Below, piece after piece: positions 34,594 to 47,830 of a stretch of DNA of 64,000 nt. The stretch is from Eutreptiella sp. 'Long Island Sound 2002' (taxonomy: Eukaryota; Protista; Euglenida), in NCBI GenBank assembly GCA_964036045.1, contig OZ038379.1:71982001-72046000 (forward strand), given 5' to 3'. A program made the translations under genes and the position numbers. The notes below the pieces were generated by a model. That model was not told the origin of the DNA, did not search any database, and saw only the letters and a list, made by a program, of their open reading frames with translations. Position 1 is the stretch's first letter. Each line of letters begins with the position of its first letter.

Positions 34594-36640
34594 GGTTTGA
34601 GGTTTGATTTTGCGGATACTAGACGCCTTTCGGCCCCGGGGGGCCACCTGGTCGGGCCAGGTGATATCCTCCCCACCGGGTCCTAGTGGGGGGCCCTCCA
34701 AGACGCACCTTCTGCTTGGTGGCAGAGTCCCCCGGGTTCACAGGGCTCGGAGCCCGGTCCTTCCCCGGCTTCCCCGTTTCGCCACTCCCTGATCAGTGCA
34801 TCATTTCGCAGCCGTGGCTGCGGGCGCTTACCCACTGCGTTGCCCCCCTAATGGGTGGTCGCCCAGAGCGCCGGCGCCGCCAGGCCCGTGCTACTGGCTT
34901 GTCGCCAGTGGGATTCCCTTGGGCTGGCGCGGAGGCTGCCTAGCCTAGGGGTTGGGGCTTGGCGCTGTGCGCCACTACTGCCTTGCCGGATGCAGTGCCC
35001 CGTCTGTGTGTGCGCGGCGCTCGCGGCCAGTTCGGGGGGCTCGGTCCGGTACCTGGTGTTGTGTCTCTCTCGCTTCCCCCTTCCCGCCCCGCGTGTTCCG
35101 TGTTGCGTGTGGCGGGCCGTCCCGTCCGGGTGTCCCTTACCCTCGCTCCTTGGTTCGCCATTCTACGCGGTCTGTGCGTTCCGCGCGCTCGGTCCGGTTG
35201 CCCTTCTGGTAGTCCCCGCGTGCCCTTTACATGTGTGTGCGCTCGCTCTCCCGCGGCGTCCGCTCCCCCCCCTCCTGAGTGGTGTGGTGTGCGCACCTCG
35301 CGCGGTCCCGGCACTGGGCGCTGGTAGGGCCGTTCCACGTGGTCCGTGACAGTCCGCGTGTCCTGCCCTGGTCCCTTGCTCCTTCTGGCGTGCTTGGGGG
35401 GGGGCGGTCCGGTCCTGGTTCCCCCCTACTTGGCTTGGGGTTGTGAGGGTGGCGGTAGGGCGCCCCCCGGGGGGGGTGCCTTCTACTGTTGCGAGGGGCG
35501 TCTGGGGTCAGGCGCTCCGCCTCCCCCGACTGCCCGCCCACTGGGCGGGCTGTTGGGGTCCGCTATCAACGTGTTGTGGGCGCGGGCGTGCGGGTGTGGG
35601 GGCCCTTCTCTGTCCCCTCGGCCTGCACGCCCTTTGGGGGCTGCGCGCCGCCCGGTGGGTCCTTGGCGTTCGTGTGCCGGGGGGCGGGCTGGGGGGGGGG
35701 GGGGCGTGCGCCGGACCCCCCGTTTGTGCGGCCGGGGGGGGGCCTGTAGGGCGGGGGGTCGCTCTGCCTCGTTCAGGCCCTCTGCCTTCCCTGGGCAGGC
35801 AACAATGCGGGTGTCACTGGCGTCGTTCTGTCCATGGGGGGCGTGGCCCCCCGTACCACTCCGGTTCGTGCTCGCCCGCCTTCTCTGGGCGCCATCTGTG
35901 CGGCGTCCTGGCGCGTTGGCGCGGGCTCGCTTGTTCTCCGCGGCCCCTGTGGGAGCAGGCGGCTGGGGCGGGGGGGCGGGTCGCGCTCCGGCTCCTCTCT
36001 GGGGCGGGGGAAGGGACCAACCCCCCCTGTCTCGGGGGGTGGGGGCCAGGGCCCCGCGGCTTGCGGGTCGGTGGGGGGGGTGGGGGGGGGGGGGTCGCGC
36101 TGCGGCCTCCCTGCCCCCCTTCTGGGTGGCAGCCTGCGGTACTCCATCCTGGCCCCCCTCGCTTCGTTGGCGCACTCCCCTCCGGCGTGCGTGTGCGGTC
36201 GGGATCGCGGTGCCGCCCCGGGGTGGGGGGGGGGTGAGGGGCGGCCCGTGGACTGCTCCCCCGGGGGCCCCTGCAGACCTGAACCCCTCCTCTGCCCTCT
36301 CTAACTGCGCTGTGGTCACGGGAGGGTCATGTGGGGCGCGGCCTCCATACTGTTCTGGTGCGCGCGTTGCTCCGGCACGCTGGTGTGGGCTCGCCCTGCG
36401 GCCGCGACCCCCGCGGGAGCAGGTCCAGCTGCATCCCCTCCCCCGCGTCGCGGCCCTTCTGGGGGGGGGGGGGGCGTCCCCTCAGCTCCGTGGGGGCGGA
36501 GGGCCGCTCCTGTGGCTCCCAAACTGGGGGGGCGTGCGGGCGGGGGTTGGCCTGCCTTCCGTTGTCTCCGGCGTGCCCCGCCGGGGTATACTTGCGCCCT
36601 GGGGGTTGCCGGGCGGCCGCGGGCGTCAGGCGCGGTCCGG
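34594..36640 (-). mobile_element. GC-rich non-coding retroposon, copy 2 (5'-truncated), with tail and 15-bp TSD
   Basis: Exact TSD CTTGACAGTAATTGA at 34579-34593 and 36641-36655; plus strand begins GGTTTGAGGTTTGA; the paralogous site at about 43420-43460 lacks the insert. Confidence 0.92.
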
Positions 36641-37689
36641 CTTGACAGTAATTGAATGATCTGTGAATGGCCTCCATTGCAGCTACATCATTTGAGTGTA
36701 GTGTGAACACACAAGTTACCTGGTTCCCTTTTCTGATAATCCGCAACTCGCGAGAAGTCACATGCCCTGGAGGTAGAGCCAGAGCGTTCTGTTCGTTCTT
36801 TCACCTGGTGTCTCTGATTGTTCTGCTTGTTGGGTTTCTTTGTCTGCTTCCTGTCTCGCGGTCTTCCTTTCCCTCCCTTTTTCGCCCTGCATTCCTGCAT
36901 TTTGCGCTGCCCTGGTGCTTTTTGCTATTCAGCTTCTGCCTGCTGCCCTGGCTGACCTTGAAATCGTGGCATAGCAGGTTGCTGCCTTCAACTCTAATGA
37001 TACTGGTGCTGTGCTGTATGCAACTGCCAGCATGTACAACGGGCTGGGCTTGAACTGCTGCGTGCCGAATAGGGTCTTGGCGAAGCCCATCTCTAAATCT
37101 CTGAATGCAAAGCTCCGTTGTCCAAGTTATTTTCGCTTAATGAGGAAGGTTGCACCGGTACAGGCGCAAATGCCATCATCGGCTCGGATCTAGCTTCTGC
37201 TTCCCACTTGCATTGTCAGCAGCATTCCCCGGTTCTGAGGCCAAAGCTGCTCCGTATGCTGGGGTAGCTAGGTACGTCATGTCAGGACCGGTGTTCGCCC
37301 CGAAGAATCTGACCATGAGGCTTTTGCTCACCGACCCACGGCCCTACTGCACGTGCCCTCACAAGGCCGCTCTGCCGATCTGGGTTGTGTGTGCCTGGGG
37401 TTGCGCTGCGTATTGTTGTTGTGAACCGTCTTCCAAACAGCTCGTTTTGTTTGGAGTGTGTTATGCTGTGCCTCGCTTGTGCCCGGCATGTTTGGGGTTG
37501 GGTTCGTTGTATTGTTGCTGGGGCTCTGCTTGGCTCGTTTTATGTTGTACCGTCACCTTCGCCGCCTGATGGTAGGTTTATCCGGGTGTCGGGTTTGTTT
37601 GGCCGTGGTCGGCCGTTTGGGTTAGGTTTCGGTTGTGTTGGTTGCTTTGAGCGGGGACGGATGGTGCCGCTGCTTGGTCTCCGGTTGTG

Positions 37690-38560
37690 GTCGGGCGTGC
37701 TGTTCTGGCTCTTGGCCCGTCACTTTAGTCGCGCGTGCTGTGCTGGTGCTTGGTCCACGGCCTTGGTCGGGCGTGCTGTGCTGCTGCTGGCCCCCCTCCA
37801 TTGTTGGGCGTGCTGTGCCGACGCTGAGCTCCCCTCCATGGTGGGGCGTGCTGCGCTGGTGCTTGGTCTGCAGCCATGGTATTGTCTGCTGTACTGCTGC
37901 CGGCCCCCGGGCTACGACTGGCGGTGCTGTTTTGGTGCTACGCCCCCCAAAATGGACGGGCGTGCTGTGCTGGTGCTGGACCCCCCTCCATTGTCGGGTG
38001 TGCTGTGCTGGTGCTTGATCCGCCGCCTTCGTCAGGCATACTGTGCCGGTGCAGCGCCCCCCTGGCATAGTTTTGCGTGCTGCGCTGTCGCTACTTCTGC
38101 CGCCTTAGTGGGTCGGGCTGTGCTGGTGCTGGACCCTTCTCCATGGTTCGGGATGCTGTGCTGGGAATAGCCCCCCAAGCACGATTGGGTGTGCTGCGTA
38201 GGTGCTGGGACCCCTGCATGGCCAGGTGTGCTGTGCTGGTGTCGGGCCCCCCGCCATGATCGGGAGTGCTGTGTTGATGCGAGGCCCCCCTGCATGGTCA
38301 GGCGTGCTGTGCTCGTGCTGGGCCTTCCTCCTTGGTCGGGCGTGCTGTGCTGGTGCTGGGCCCCCATCCTTGGTTGGGCGTGCTCCGTTGCTGCTGGCGC
38401 CTCCTCCATGCTTTGGCGTGCTGGTGCTTGGCCCCTCTCCATGGACGGGCGTGTTATGCTACTGTTGGATCCGGCGCTATCGTCCGGTGTGCTGTGCTGG
38501 CGCAGGGTTCCTTTTTACGGCTGGGCGCACTGTGTTGCTGCTGGCCCTCGCTTCTTGGGT
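37690..38560. repeat. ~38-40-bp minisatellite (GGGCGTGCTGTGCTGGTGCTGG..CCCCTCCATGG)
   Basis: Tandem degenerate units; paralogous array at 45370-46330. Confidence 0.85.
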
Positions 38561-38849
38561 GGCTTTGTGGTGCCTGTGTGCCCTCTGTGATACTTTTTCA
38601 CATCAACAATCTGATTTAAAGTCCCTGACCCAGGGTCTTTGCCAAACCCACAATCATTGGTCTTGCATTCCAGTTCAGTGTTCCGTCGTGCTCTTCCTTC
38701 AGCCCTATCTTTTAACGCGGTATGTACAATTTCTGTCGATGCCTGCCGCGGGCTCGTGCTCCCTGTGGGAGCATCAAGTCGCCGGTGGGTGGCACCTCGT
38801 GTCCGGTGTCCCGGTGTCAAACATTCGAATATCCATGTGTGATACGTGT

Positions 38850-39660
38850 TGCCCCCCCCCCTGCGGGCTCTTTCTGGTCAGCAGAGGGGCTTGCTGGTAT
38901 GGGATGCACCGATCTGGATGATAATATTAACCCTGTAGATTTCTCTAGCATGCAGTTAGGTCAGTGGGGCGTACATTGGTATGGGATCTACTGGTAATGA
39001 TGATAACGGCGACCCCTGCGGGTTCCTCCGATAGGTCTCTTTGGTATCGTTTCCTGGGTGTCGTGGTTTCCGGGTGCATCATCCTCACCAATGTATCGGG
39101 CAATGGTACACTGCAGCAGTTCCTGGCATGGGGACCGTGCCTACTGTAGGCGGAGATGCAGAAGTATATTTTGCATGCATCAAGAAATAGCAGCAGACTT
39201 GTTGTAGAGAGACAGTTGTGTAGAATGTCATCCCGCTCTGCTAGTCGCACACAAAGGTCCGATGCCTGGTATGGATTGACGGCTGCACCTTATGGAGTTG
39301 TTGGCAATCGAAGTTTCAATACATTTGTACTCTCAAAATCTCGTACTCTTTCCTAGTAGCATGAATAATTCTCCCGGCACTCATGATGTGACCTTTCTGT
39401 TTCTTTATTCCACAACCGAGATTTCAATGTGTGGGACACAGTTTCTGCACTTGCAGGACGTGCTCTCTTTTTCTCATCAGAATGCAGCAGGGTGTACTGA
39501 CTCCGCGCTTCCTGGTTTAGAAACGTAGATTCAGGTAGTTTGACGTCCGTCTTTGCAGCAGATGCTGCTCTGTAATGAGCAATATCATCACAGAGCCTTT
39601 TCAATCGCATGCGCTTGCCAGAAGCTGTTAGTTCACACCATGCTTTGCTACGTCAGCCGG
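38850..39660 (-). pseudogene. Decayed Transib/RAG1-like transposase (N-terminus to around the second Asp)
   Basis: KKRARPASAETVSHTLKSR, LAERDD...SLLLFLDACKIY and ARSPCQELLQCTIARYIGEDDA align with RKRARPASRQHVINTLQSR, LVERDE...SLLLFVDACNLY and AKSPHQTIMQLAIARYVGPDDA of the 59-kb copy. Confidence 0.8.
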
Positions 39661-42600
39661 ATTCGTAATTCATGAGACACAGGAACACAGAAGAAAGTGT
39701 GACCACCATATGCTGAATGGTGAATCGGGGCGGAGATGGACACAAAGGGCTACAGATGGACCAAACGTGTTGTGCACGACTCAAATGTGCGCACTGCGCT
39801 GTGTGCACTATGCCGCTGGGCTGCGAGCACAACGCAAGCAGGTCATGTAAATCCCTTAAAAAGTCGTTGGTCCATATATTCGAAGGAAAATGCAGCAACA
39901 AACGCCTTCTACTCCTCGTACCCTCCAGCCCCCCTCGTTGTGCGGGCGGTCCTTTCTGAATGTGTGATAACCGTATTGCATCAGGGTGCATCAGTGGCCT
40001 TTATGTGTGCAACAGTGCATCAGACCAGTCAGGTAGATACCTTCAGAAGAGACCGGCGAGGGCGACGACGCTATTGCAGCGTATTTCCAGCGATCGCTAT
40101 CAAGTCAATGCAGCCCAATTCGGTCCGGCAGGGCAGCAGTTTCTGCAGGCCGATGGCCATTAAGGTTATGCAGCCCCTTTGAGTCCACTGTTACTGTGGT
40201 CCGCACTGCTGCTATCCGATAGCCATCAGGTTGAGGGTGCCAAAATCTGTCATCCCTTGCCCCAAACCCCATTGCTGCTCTCCAATTGCTGTCACGTCCA
40301 TGCAGCCCCTACTGGGATTCTTGGTTCCATTCAAATCGGCAATCCCCATTTTCTGTTTTCCACCTCTTAGGGCTTCCATACCTGCCACGTTCCGAGGACA
40401 GAGAGACAGGTAGACAGAGATGACATGGAGAAGCAAAAGCCTTTCATTCTCAGGACGTGCAGACTGCATTGATGAGGGCTGGGGCGTGTGGCTGGTCAGG
40501 GTACTGCTTCAATGAGCTCTTTTGGTGTGTTTGATTGCTGAGGCTCAGCGGTTGTCAGTTACTGCAACCCCCCTCCTCCCCAGGCTCCCATCCATGGCAC
40601 AACCTCTCCCCCTCGATCCCAATTGCACAATTTCTATGTTTCGGGGGGCGGGGCATTTGAGTTGTATTGTGCAAGCCTTGCGAGCTGCTGTAGCTGTGAT
40701 CTCGCTTCTGAAAGAGCAGAGATCACTTGCACACCTCTACGTCCCGCCCATTGCTTGTTGCGCTTCTTCTCACGTCTTGAGCTTTTGTAGCTACGATCTT
40801 GGCGTCCGGAGTATGCGCAAAGAGGGAAAAAAGGTAAGAGCATCATTTGAAAGCCGAATGAATAGATTCACCAATCTCGGAGGCAAATATTGCGTCAAAG
40901 AACAGAAAACAATTGCACCCGAGTGCTATTCCTCCATGTTCAATTTGGCTTCTTGTCCTTTTTGGGGTTTCTGTAGCTGCGTTGTGAGCTGCTTGAGTGT
41001 GGGCAACAGGGGGGACAGGGGTAAGATGAATCTTTTGGAGTGGATCAGACTAATGAATGAATAAGTTGACAGTGCAAATGGGGGTTCCAGGCACATATCA
41101 CTGCAAACGACAGAGATGACTTGCACACATCTGTCATCTGTCCATGGTTTTTTGGCTCTTTGTGTCACCTCTTAAGCTCCTGCAGCTATGGTCCTAGCTT
41201 CTGGAGTCCCCGCAATGATGGATACAGGAGTCAGAGTGACTATTCAGAGTGGATCGGATTCATTCATCAATCCGGGGGGGGCGCACATATAGCATCAGAG
41301 ACTAGTGATCACCTGCCTACCGCTGCCACCCGTCCATGTTTTGTCCTTCCTGGTGCTTCCGTAGCTGCGTTCTGAGGTTCCAGAGTCCGGGCAGCGAGAG
41401 CAACAGGTAAGATCAATGTTTCAGAACGGATCACAGTGACCCAGAAATAGTTGGACAGCGCAAAGGGGGTTCGGGGCACATCTCACTGCAAGCAACAGAG
41501 ATCACTTGCACACCTCTGTCATGCGTCCATGGTTTGTGGTGTTTCCTGTCCCTCGTTGGGCTTCTGTAACTACTGTCTTTGCTTCTGGAGTCTGGGCAAT
41601 GATGGATACAGGAGCCACAACAGTCATTCAGAGTGGATTGTATTGATTAATCAATAGAGGGGGCACATATCGTTTCACACAACACTGATCAATTGCACAC
41701 CAATGTCACCCGTCTCTGCCGGGCTGGTTGACCTATCTGGGGCTTCTCTAGCTGTGTTCTTGGCTGCCGGAGTTCGGGCAACGAGAGAAACAGGGATTAG
41801 CCCAATCTTTCAGAGTGGGTCTGAGTGACTCATGAATCACTGGCCAGCGCAAAGGGGGTTCGGGGCACATATCACTGCAAACCACGGAGATCACTTGCAC
41901 ACCTCTGTCACCTGTCCATGGTTTGTGGCTCTTCTTGTCACTGCCTGGGCTTCTGTAGCTACTGTCCCCGCTTCTTGCCTCTGTGTTTTGACAGATACAG
42001 CGATCAAGGCCATCTTTCAGATTGGATGGGATTGGTTCACTAATATGGGGGGGGGGGGGCATATGTTGCTTCCAACAACAGTCATCAGCTGCACAACACT
42101 ACCATCCGTCCATCTTTTGTCGGCCTTGCTATTGTTTTTGGAGCTTCTGTAGCTGCCTTCTGGGCTTCCGGAGTCTGGGCAACGAGAGGAACAGGGGTAA
42201 GATAGGTCTTTCAGAGTACCTTGGAATGACTCATGAATAAGATGACAGTGCAAAGTTGGCTGGGCGCACATATCGCTGCAAACAACACAGATCACTTGCA
42301 CACCTCTGTCATCTGTCCATGGTTTGTGACGCTTCTTGTCACGTCTGGGGCTTCTGTAGCACCTGTCTTGGCTTCTGGAGTCTTGGGAATGACAGATAGA
42401 GGGGTCAGAGCAATTTTCCAGAGCGGACTTGAGTGAATCATCAGTAAGGGGGGCACATATCTCTTGAAAAAAAAGAGATGGAAGAACACAGATCGATTGC
42501 GCACCACTGCCATCCCCCCATGTATTGTCGGGCTTCTTGTGCTTTCTCAGGTTTCTGTAGCTGCGTCCTTGGCTTCTGGAAACTGGGCAAAGAGCAGAAC

Positions 42601-45600
42601 AGGGGTAAGATAAATCTTTCGGAGTGGATCCGACGGACTCGGAAGTAAGTGGACAGCAAAAAGGGGGCTCGGGGCACATATCACTGCAAACAACAGATAT
42701 CACCTGCACAGCCCTGTCACCCGTCCATGGTTCTCGCACTTCTTGTCACTTCTCTGGCTTCTGTAGCTACGTTTTCGCTTCTAGCGTGTGGGCAATGAGA
42801 GAGACAGGGGTCAGATCATTCGTTCAGAGGGAGTTCCATTAATGTATCAATAAAGGTGGCACATATCGCTTAGAAAAACAGTGATCACTTACATAGCCCC
42901 GCCACGAGCCCAGAGACTACGTGAACTGCTGCTGGTCCGCTGGGTGCATCGACCGACCTGTCTCCGCCGCTTCCTGTCAGGTTCTAGGTGTTAGTCTTAA
43001 ACAACCCACGGGCTCGAACTTCTGCTTCGTTTAGGATCAGGCTTGCTGGGGATTCCACTTAGACTTGTGCGGGAGCTGCTGATGCTGATGCAGTCTGCGA
43101 GACGAGAAAATGTTTTTTCTACTTAAACAGGGTAAGCATTCTGGCGGCTACAACATCCTTGGATAAGCCTTGCTGCCGTACCTCATTGCATATGTTGAAT
43201 ACGCTCAATCTCACTGTACAAATGGTGGGGCTGAGGAGCCACATCCTTGTCTTCTCTGGCGTCATTCACGCTGCAACTTCTGCTTCTGCTTTCCAATCAG
43301 CTTTGGCTCGGACAGATGCTCGGGCGCCGCTCTAGAATGTAAGGGTGGAGGAGAGGAGGAGCAATGCAGCTTGGTAGCTGCAGTGCATTAGATCTGAGAG
43401 GACAAGGCACTGAAGTGTGAATAGACTACATGGCCTTCACAACAATTCAATGATCTCTGAATAGACCCCATTGCAGTTACATCATTTGAATGACGTATGA
43501 GATATGTTACCTGGTTCCCTTCTCTGATCATCCCAAACTTGCGAGAAGTCACACGCCCTGCAGGTAGGGGCAGAGCCTTCCTTTTTTTGTTTCACCTCAT
43601 ATGTCTCATTTTTCTGCTTCTTAGTTTCCTTCATCTGCTTTTTGTCTCGCGGCTTTGCTTTCCCTGCCATCTTCGGCTTGTATTCCTGCTTCGTGCGCTG
43701 CCCTGGTCCTCTTAGCTCTTCCGCGCTACCGCCTGCTGCCCTGGCTTTGCTTGGATTTGGTGCATAGCAGGTTGCTGCCGTCAACTCTAATGATACTGGT
43801 GCTGTGCTGTATGGCACTGCCAGCATGTAAAGTGTTCTGGAGTTAGACTGCTGCGCACCATTGTGCTTCGTGGCAAAGTCCATCTCCACATCTCTGAAGC
43901 CAAAGCTCCGTTGTCCAAATCTTTTACTTTTACCGGATACAGGCGCAAATGCCATAATTGGCTCGAATCTAGCTTCTGCTTCCCACTTGCATGCCAGCGG
44001 CGTCCTCCGGTCCTCAGACCCAAGCTCCTCCTTACGCTGAGGTAGGTAGGTAGGTCATGTTGGGACTGTGATGGCCCCCCAAGGGGTCTCACCATGGGGG
44101 TTTTGCTCACCCACCCACGGTCCTACTGCACGTGCCCCCACAAAGCTGGTCTGCCAATTGGGAAAAGGGCACAGTGGCCGCGAGCAGTACCCTCCAGCGG
44201 CTTCTGCCAAGAGAGGTAACCCATGTTCGAACGCAGACCCACATTCCTCTCCTTCGGGCGGATGATACGTGGGCAAGGGTCCCATCGCACCTCCTCATCA
44301 ACCTCGGATTTTGGGGTCCAAAAAGCCAAGGGCCTTGCCCTGCTCATCCCCACCCGAGCATTCCTTCGGTAGGCATGAAAAGACCTGAAGAAGCACTCGC
44401 TACAGAGTTTGCTAGCCGTGTTGTGTGCTCACGCCTCCTGACTCGGTCGAGCTTGCGCTCTTCCTTGGGGGCGGGCGGTGCGGTGTAGTTCTTTCGTTGT
44501 TGGTTGGTCGGTGGCATAATGGTAGAGCTGCGCTGTTGTGTTGTGTTTGTGGGTATGGTCGCTGGCAGGCGCGGCGCACCATGTTGTTGTCGACCTGTCG
44601 GACGCCGTTCCCGTCTTGACCCCTGCGTGCCTGGCTGGTTGGATGTTGGCTGGCTTGCATGTGGTCTGTTCATGGTCGGGTTGTTCGTTCTGCGGCACTT
44701 GTGGTGGTACACGGTTGTGTGAGCCGCCTTTTGGGCGGCCTGTTTGCAGTTGGCACCTTCGTGCCGCAGCCGGCGCCTGGGCAGCCGGGTGTCGTTCGTG
44801 TACGTGTATCGCAAATGTACTGTTTAGGTTTTGGTTGGCTGTGCCGTGGCCAACCTATGTTCGACCCATCGCGTTGTGTTGTTTCTTGTGGTGGGTGGCC
44901 GTCTAGACAACCTGTTGTAAGTTGGCTGTACATTACCAAGGGCCGCGTACGCGCAGCCGGTTGCGTTGAGTTGTCGCGTTCCCGGTTGTCTTGTGGCAGG
45001 TCTGCTGGGCAGGGGGTTCGTTGGGCTGCAAAAGTGGTGTGCGGGGCGTGTTGCGTTAGTTTGCTGTTGCTTTTCCCGCCCGCGGTGTGTGTTTTAGAGG
45101 TTGTTATGCTATGGCTCGCATGTGGTCCGTGTGTTTTGGGTTGGGTTCATTGCGTTGTTGCTGGTGCTTTGCCTCGCTTGTTCCGTTGTTGTACCGTCGC
45201 CTTCGCCGCCTGATGGTGGGTTTGTCCGAGTGTCGGGTGTGTCTGGCCGTGGTTGGCCGTTTTGGTTGTGATTTGGTTGTTTTGGTTGTTTTGCGCCGTG
45301 ACAGATGGTGCCCATGCTGTATCTGCCCTTCTGGTTTGGCGTGCGGTGCTGGTTCTTTGCCCGACGACTTTATCGAGCGTGCTGTGCTGCAGCGGGGTTC
45401 ACCGCCATGGTCAGAAGTGCTGTGCTCGTGCTAGGCCAACCACGATGGGCAGGCGTGCTGTGCTGGTGCCGGACTCGCTGCCATTATCGGGGGTGCTGTG
45501 CTGGCGCTTGGCCCCCTTCTGGGGTTGGGCGTGATTCATGCTGGTGCCGAGCCCCACTCTATGCCTCAGCGTGCTGTGCTCGTGCTTGGTCCGCCGCCAT

Positions 45601-46370
45601 GATCGGGCGTGCTGTGCTGCTGCTCGCCGCCCTCCGTTGTCTGGCGTGCGGTGCCGATGCTGAGATCCCTTCCGTGGTCAGGCGTGCTGCGCTGGTCCTT
45701 GGTCTGCAGACATGGTTGGGCTTGATGTACTGCTACCGGGCCCCCTGCCACGACCGGGCGTGCTGTTTTGATGCTAGGTCGAGCACCATGGGCGGGCGTG
45801 CTGTGCTGGTACTTGGCCCCCTTCCATGGTTGGGCGTCCTGTGCTGGTGCCCGGTCCTCCGCCTTGATCAGGCGTCCTGTGCCAGTGCCTCGCCCACAGC
45901 CATGGTTGGTAGTGCTGCGCTGAGGCATGGTCCGCTGCCGGGGTTTGGCGTGCTGTGGGCCTTCCTCCAAGGTCGTTGGTGCTGTGCTGGCGCCGGGCCC
46001 CCCGTCACGGTCAGGCTTGCTGCGTTGGTGCGCGGCCCCCTTCATGGCCAGGCGTGCTGTGCTGGATCTCCGCCCCACGCCATGGTCGGGAGTGCTGTGT
46101 TGGTACGATGTGCCCCGGCATGGTGGGTTTTGCTGTGCTGGTGCTGGGTTTCCCTCCTTGGAGGGGCGTGCAGTTCTGTTGCCGGGGCCCCATCCATGGT
46201 TGGGCATGCTGTATTGCTGCTGGCTCCTACTCCTTGCTGTTCCGCCGCCATGGTTGGGTGTGTGGTGCTGGTGCACGGCCCTCCCCCATGGACGGGCGTG
46301 TGGTGCGAGTTTTGGATCCACTGCTATGGTCGGATGTGCTTTGTGTTTAAATTCCCAGACCAGCTGTGAA
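39495..46370. repeat. Unit 2 of the tandem duplication, including the ~390-bp satellite (40700-42890) and ~40-bp minisatellite (45370-46330)
   Basis: Collinear with 30667-38600; the same five A-type satellite monomers at about 41092, 41476, 41866, 42267 and 42675. Confidence 0.85.
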
Positions 46371-47579
46371 TTACCCAAACAGTTACCCCAAACCTTACGT
46401 AACCTTTTACCTTCGACTCTTTCTGCGTAAAGGAACGATGGCCTTGTCCTGGTCAACCTTGGATCAAAGCACCAAGAACCAGAAGTCCTCAACCTTGAAT
46501 CTCAATCCAAGTATCAACAATAATACAAATAAGAAACAGACATCCCCTGAGAGGAAAGGAAAAACGGGGGACAGATATGATCACAGGACCTCATACCCGA
46601 CCTACGTGCGGATGGGCAGTTTCCGCTGTACACAGGGTAAAGACATATGGAGGCGGGAAGTGCCCTCAAAACACACAAATTCAGCGATTCTATTATACAA
46701 TAACATGTTTCAATGGACTGCACACACGGTCCGACAGCGAAGGCAAGGGAGCAATGAGCACTGAGGACTTAGGCCTTAAACGTCCACCAATAGTGCCTCC
46801 AAGGGGGGGTCCATAAGGGTGCATCAAAGACCTCACAACATACCCCATGGGGGGTTTTTCCATGACTCATACCGAGACTTCGATAGTAAGGGGGGGTCAT
46901 GGCGACCCCATTACTCCGCGTCTTTGACGACTCCATGACTGTCCTCTGGGTGAAAAATTGTCATCAGACTACTTCTGCCTCACGCATGTTTGCAGGGTCC
47001 GACACGCGGTAGGCAAGGCGGTGTGCGCCAAACATACCGAGTCAAAACTGCAAATTTGGCCATATTGGCCACGAAGTCAGTCCAACCAGAGTAGGAAATC
47101 AGGCAAGGGATTCCGTACCGAGCAAACATACTTACAACTCAAGGTCATATGAAAACATCTGCACAGGGGTTTGGTAAGCGGGCCCATTCGCTAACTGAAG
47201 TAAGCCAAGGGGACGCTCCCTTAGATGGGGCCCAAATCCCTAATTCTGCAACACGACGCGATCATGGGACTCACCATATGTGCAATATCTCCAGCTCACG
47301 TGGAGGAGCACGGATGAAGCTGACATATGGTTGGACCATAGTCATGTGCCTTCAGAAAAGCCACTTACCTCAGTCCAATTCACGTGCCCCATGGAGAAAC
47401 TAAAATTAAAACATGGTCTAAATAGTAAAAAAAAAGAATTTGGGCCAAAATGACATCTGCCCCCAAAGGTAGAACTCTATGTGCTCGGAGAGTTAGAAAG
47501 CAATGTGAGTCCACAACATATGAGATTTATTTGAAGCCTCTAGCTTTTGTTCCAAGATACAGAAAAATGGCATGCCAAC

Positions 47580-47830
47580 AGGGGCCCCGGGCTGTTCGCC
47601 TCCTGGGGGTTGTGGCCTCTCTGTCTTGTTTTGCCCCGGTTGATCCGATCCGGGGCGTCTTCCGCCACTCCTCCCTGGATGTTCCAGTCCGGGGGGCGGC
47701 GGCTCCTGTTGCTTGTTCTGCCCCGGATGTTCCAGTCCGGGGCGTTCGGACTCCTTCCTCTGCTTTTTGCTGTCGTTTTGTTTTGGCCGCTCCTTCCTGT
47801 TTTGCCCCGGATGACACCCGGGGACATAGC
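47580..47830. repeat. Inverted fragment of the 28-30 kb CCGGACTGG minisatellite family
   Basis: ggatgttccagtccgggg units are reverse complements of the units at 28990-29170. Confidence 0.8.

Larger units (their letters stand above)
30667..38600. repeat. Unit 1 of a diverged tandem duplication (partner 39495-46370)
   Basis: Collinear blocks, e.g. 30695/39525, 32320/41090, 34555/43410, 37490/45130; roughly 80% identity by eye. Confidence 0.85.
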
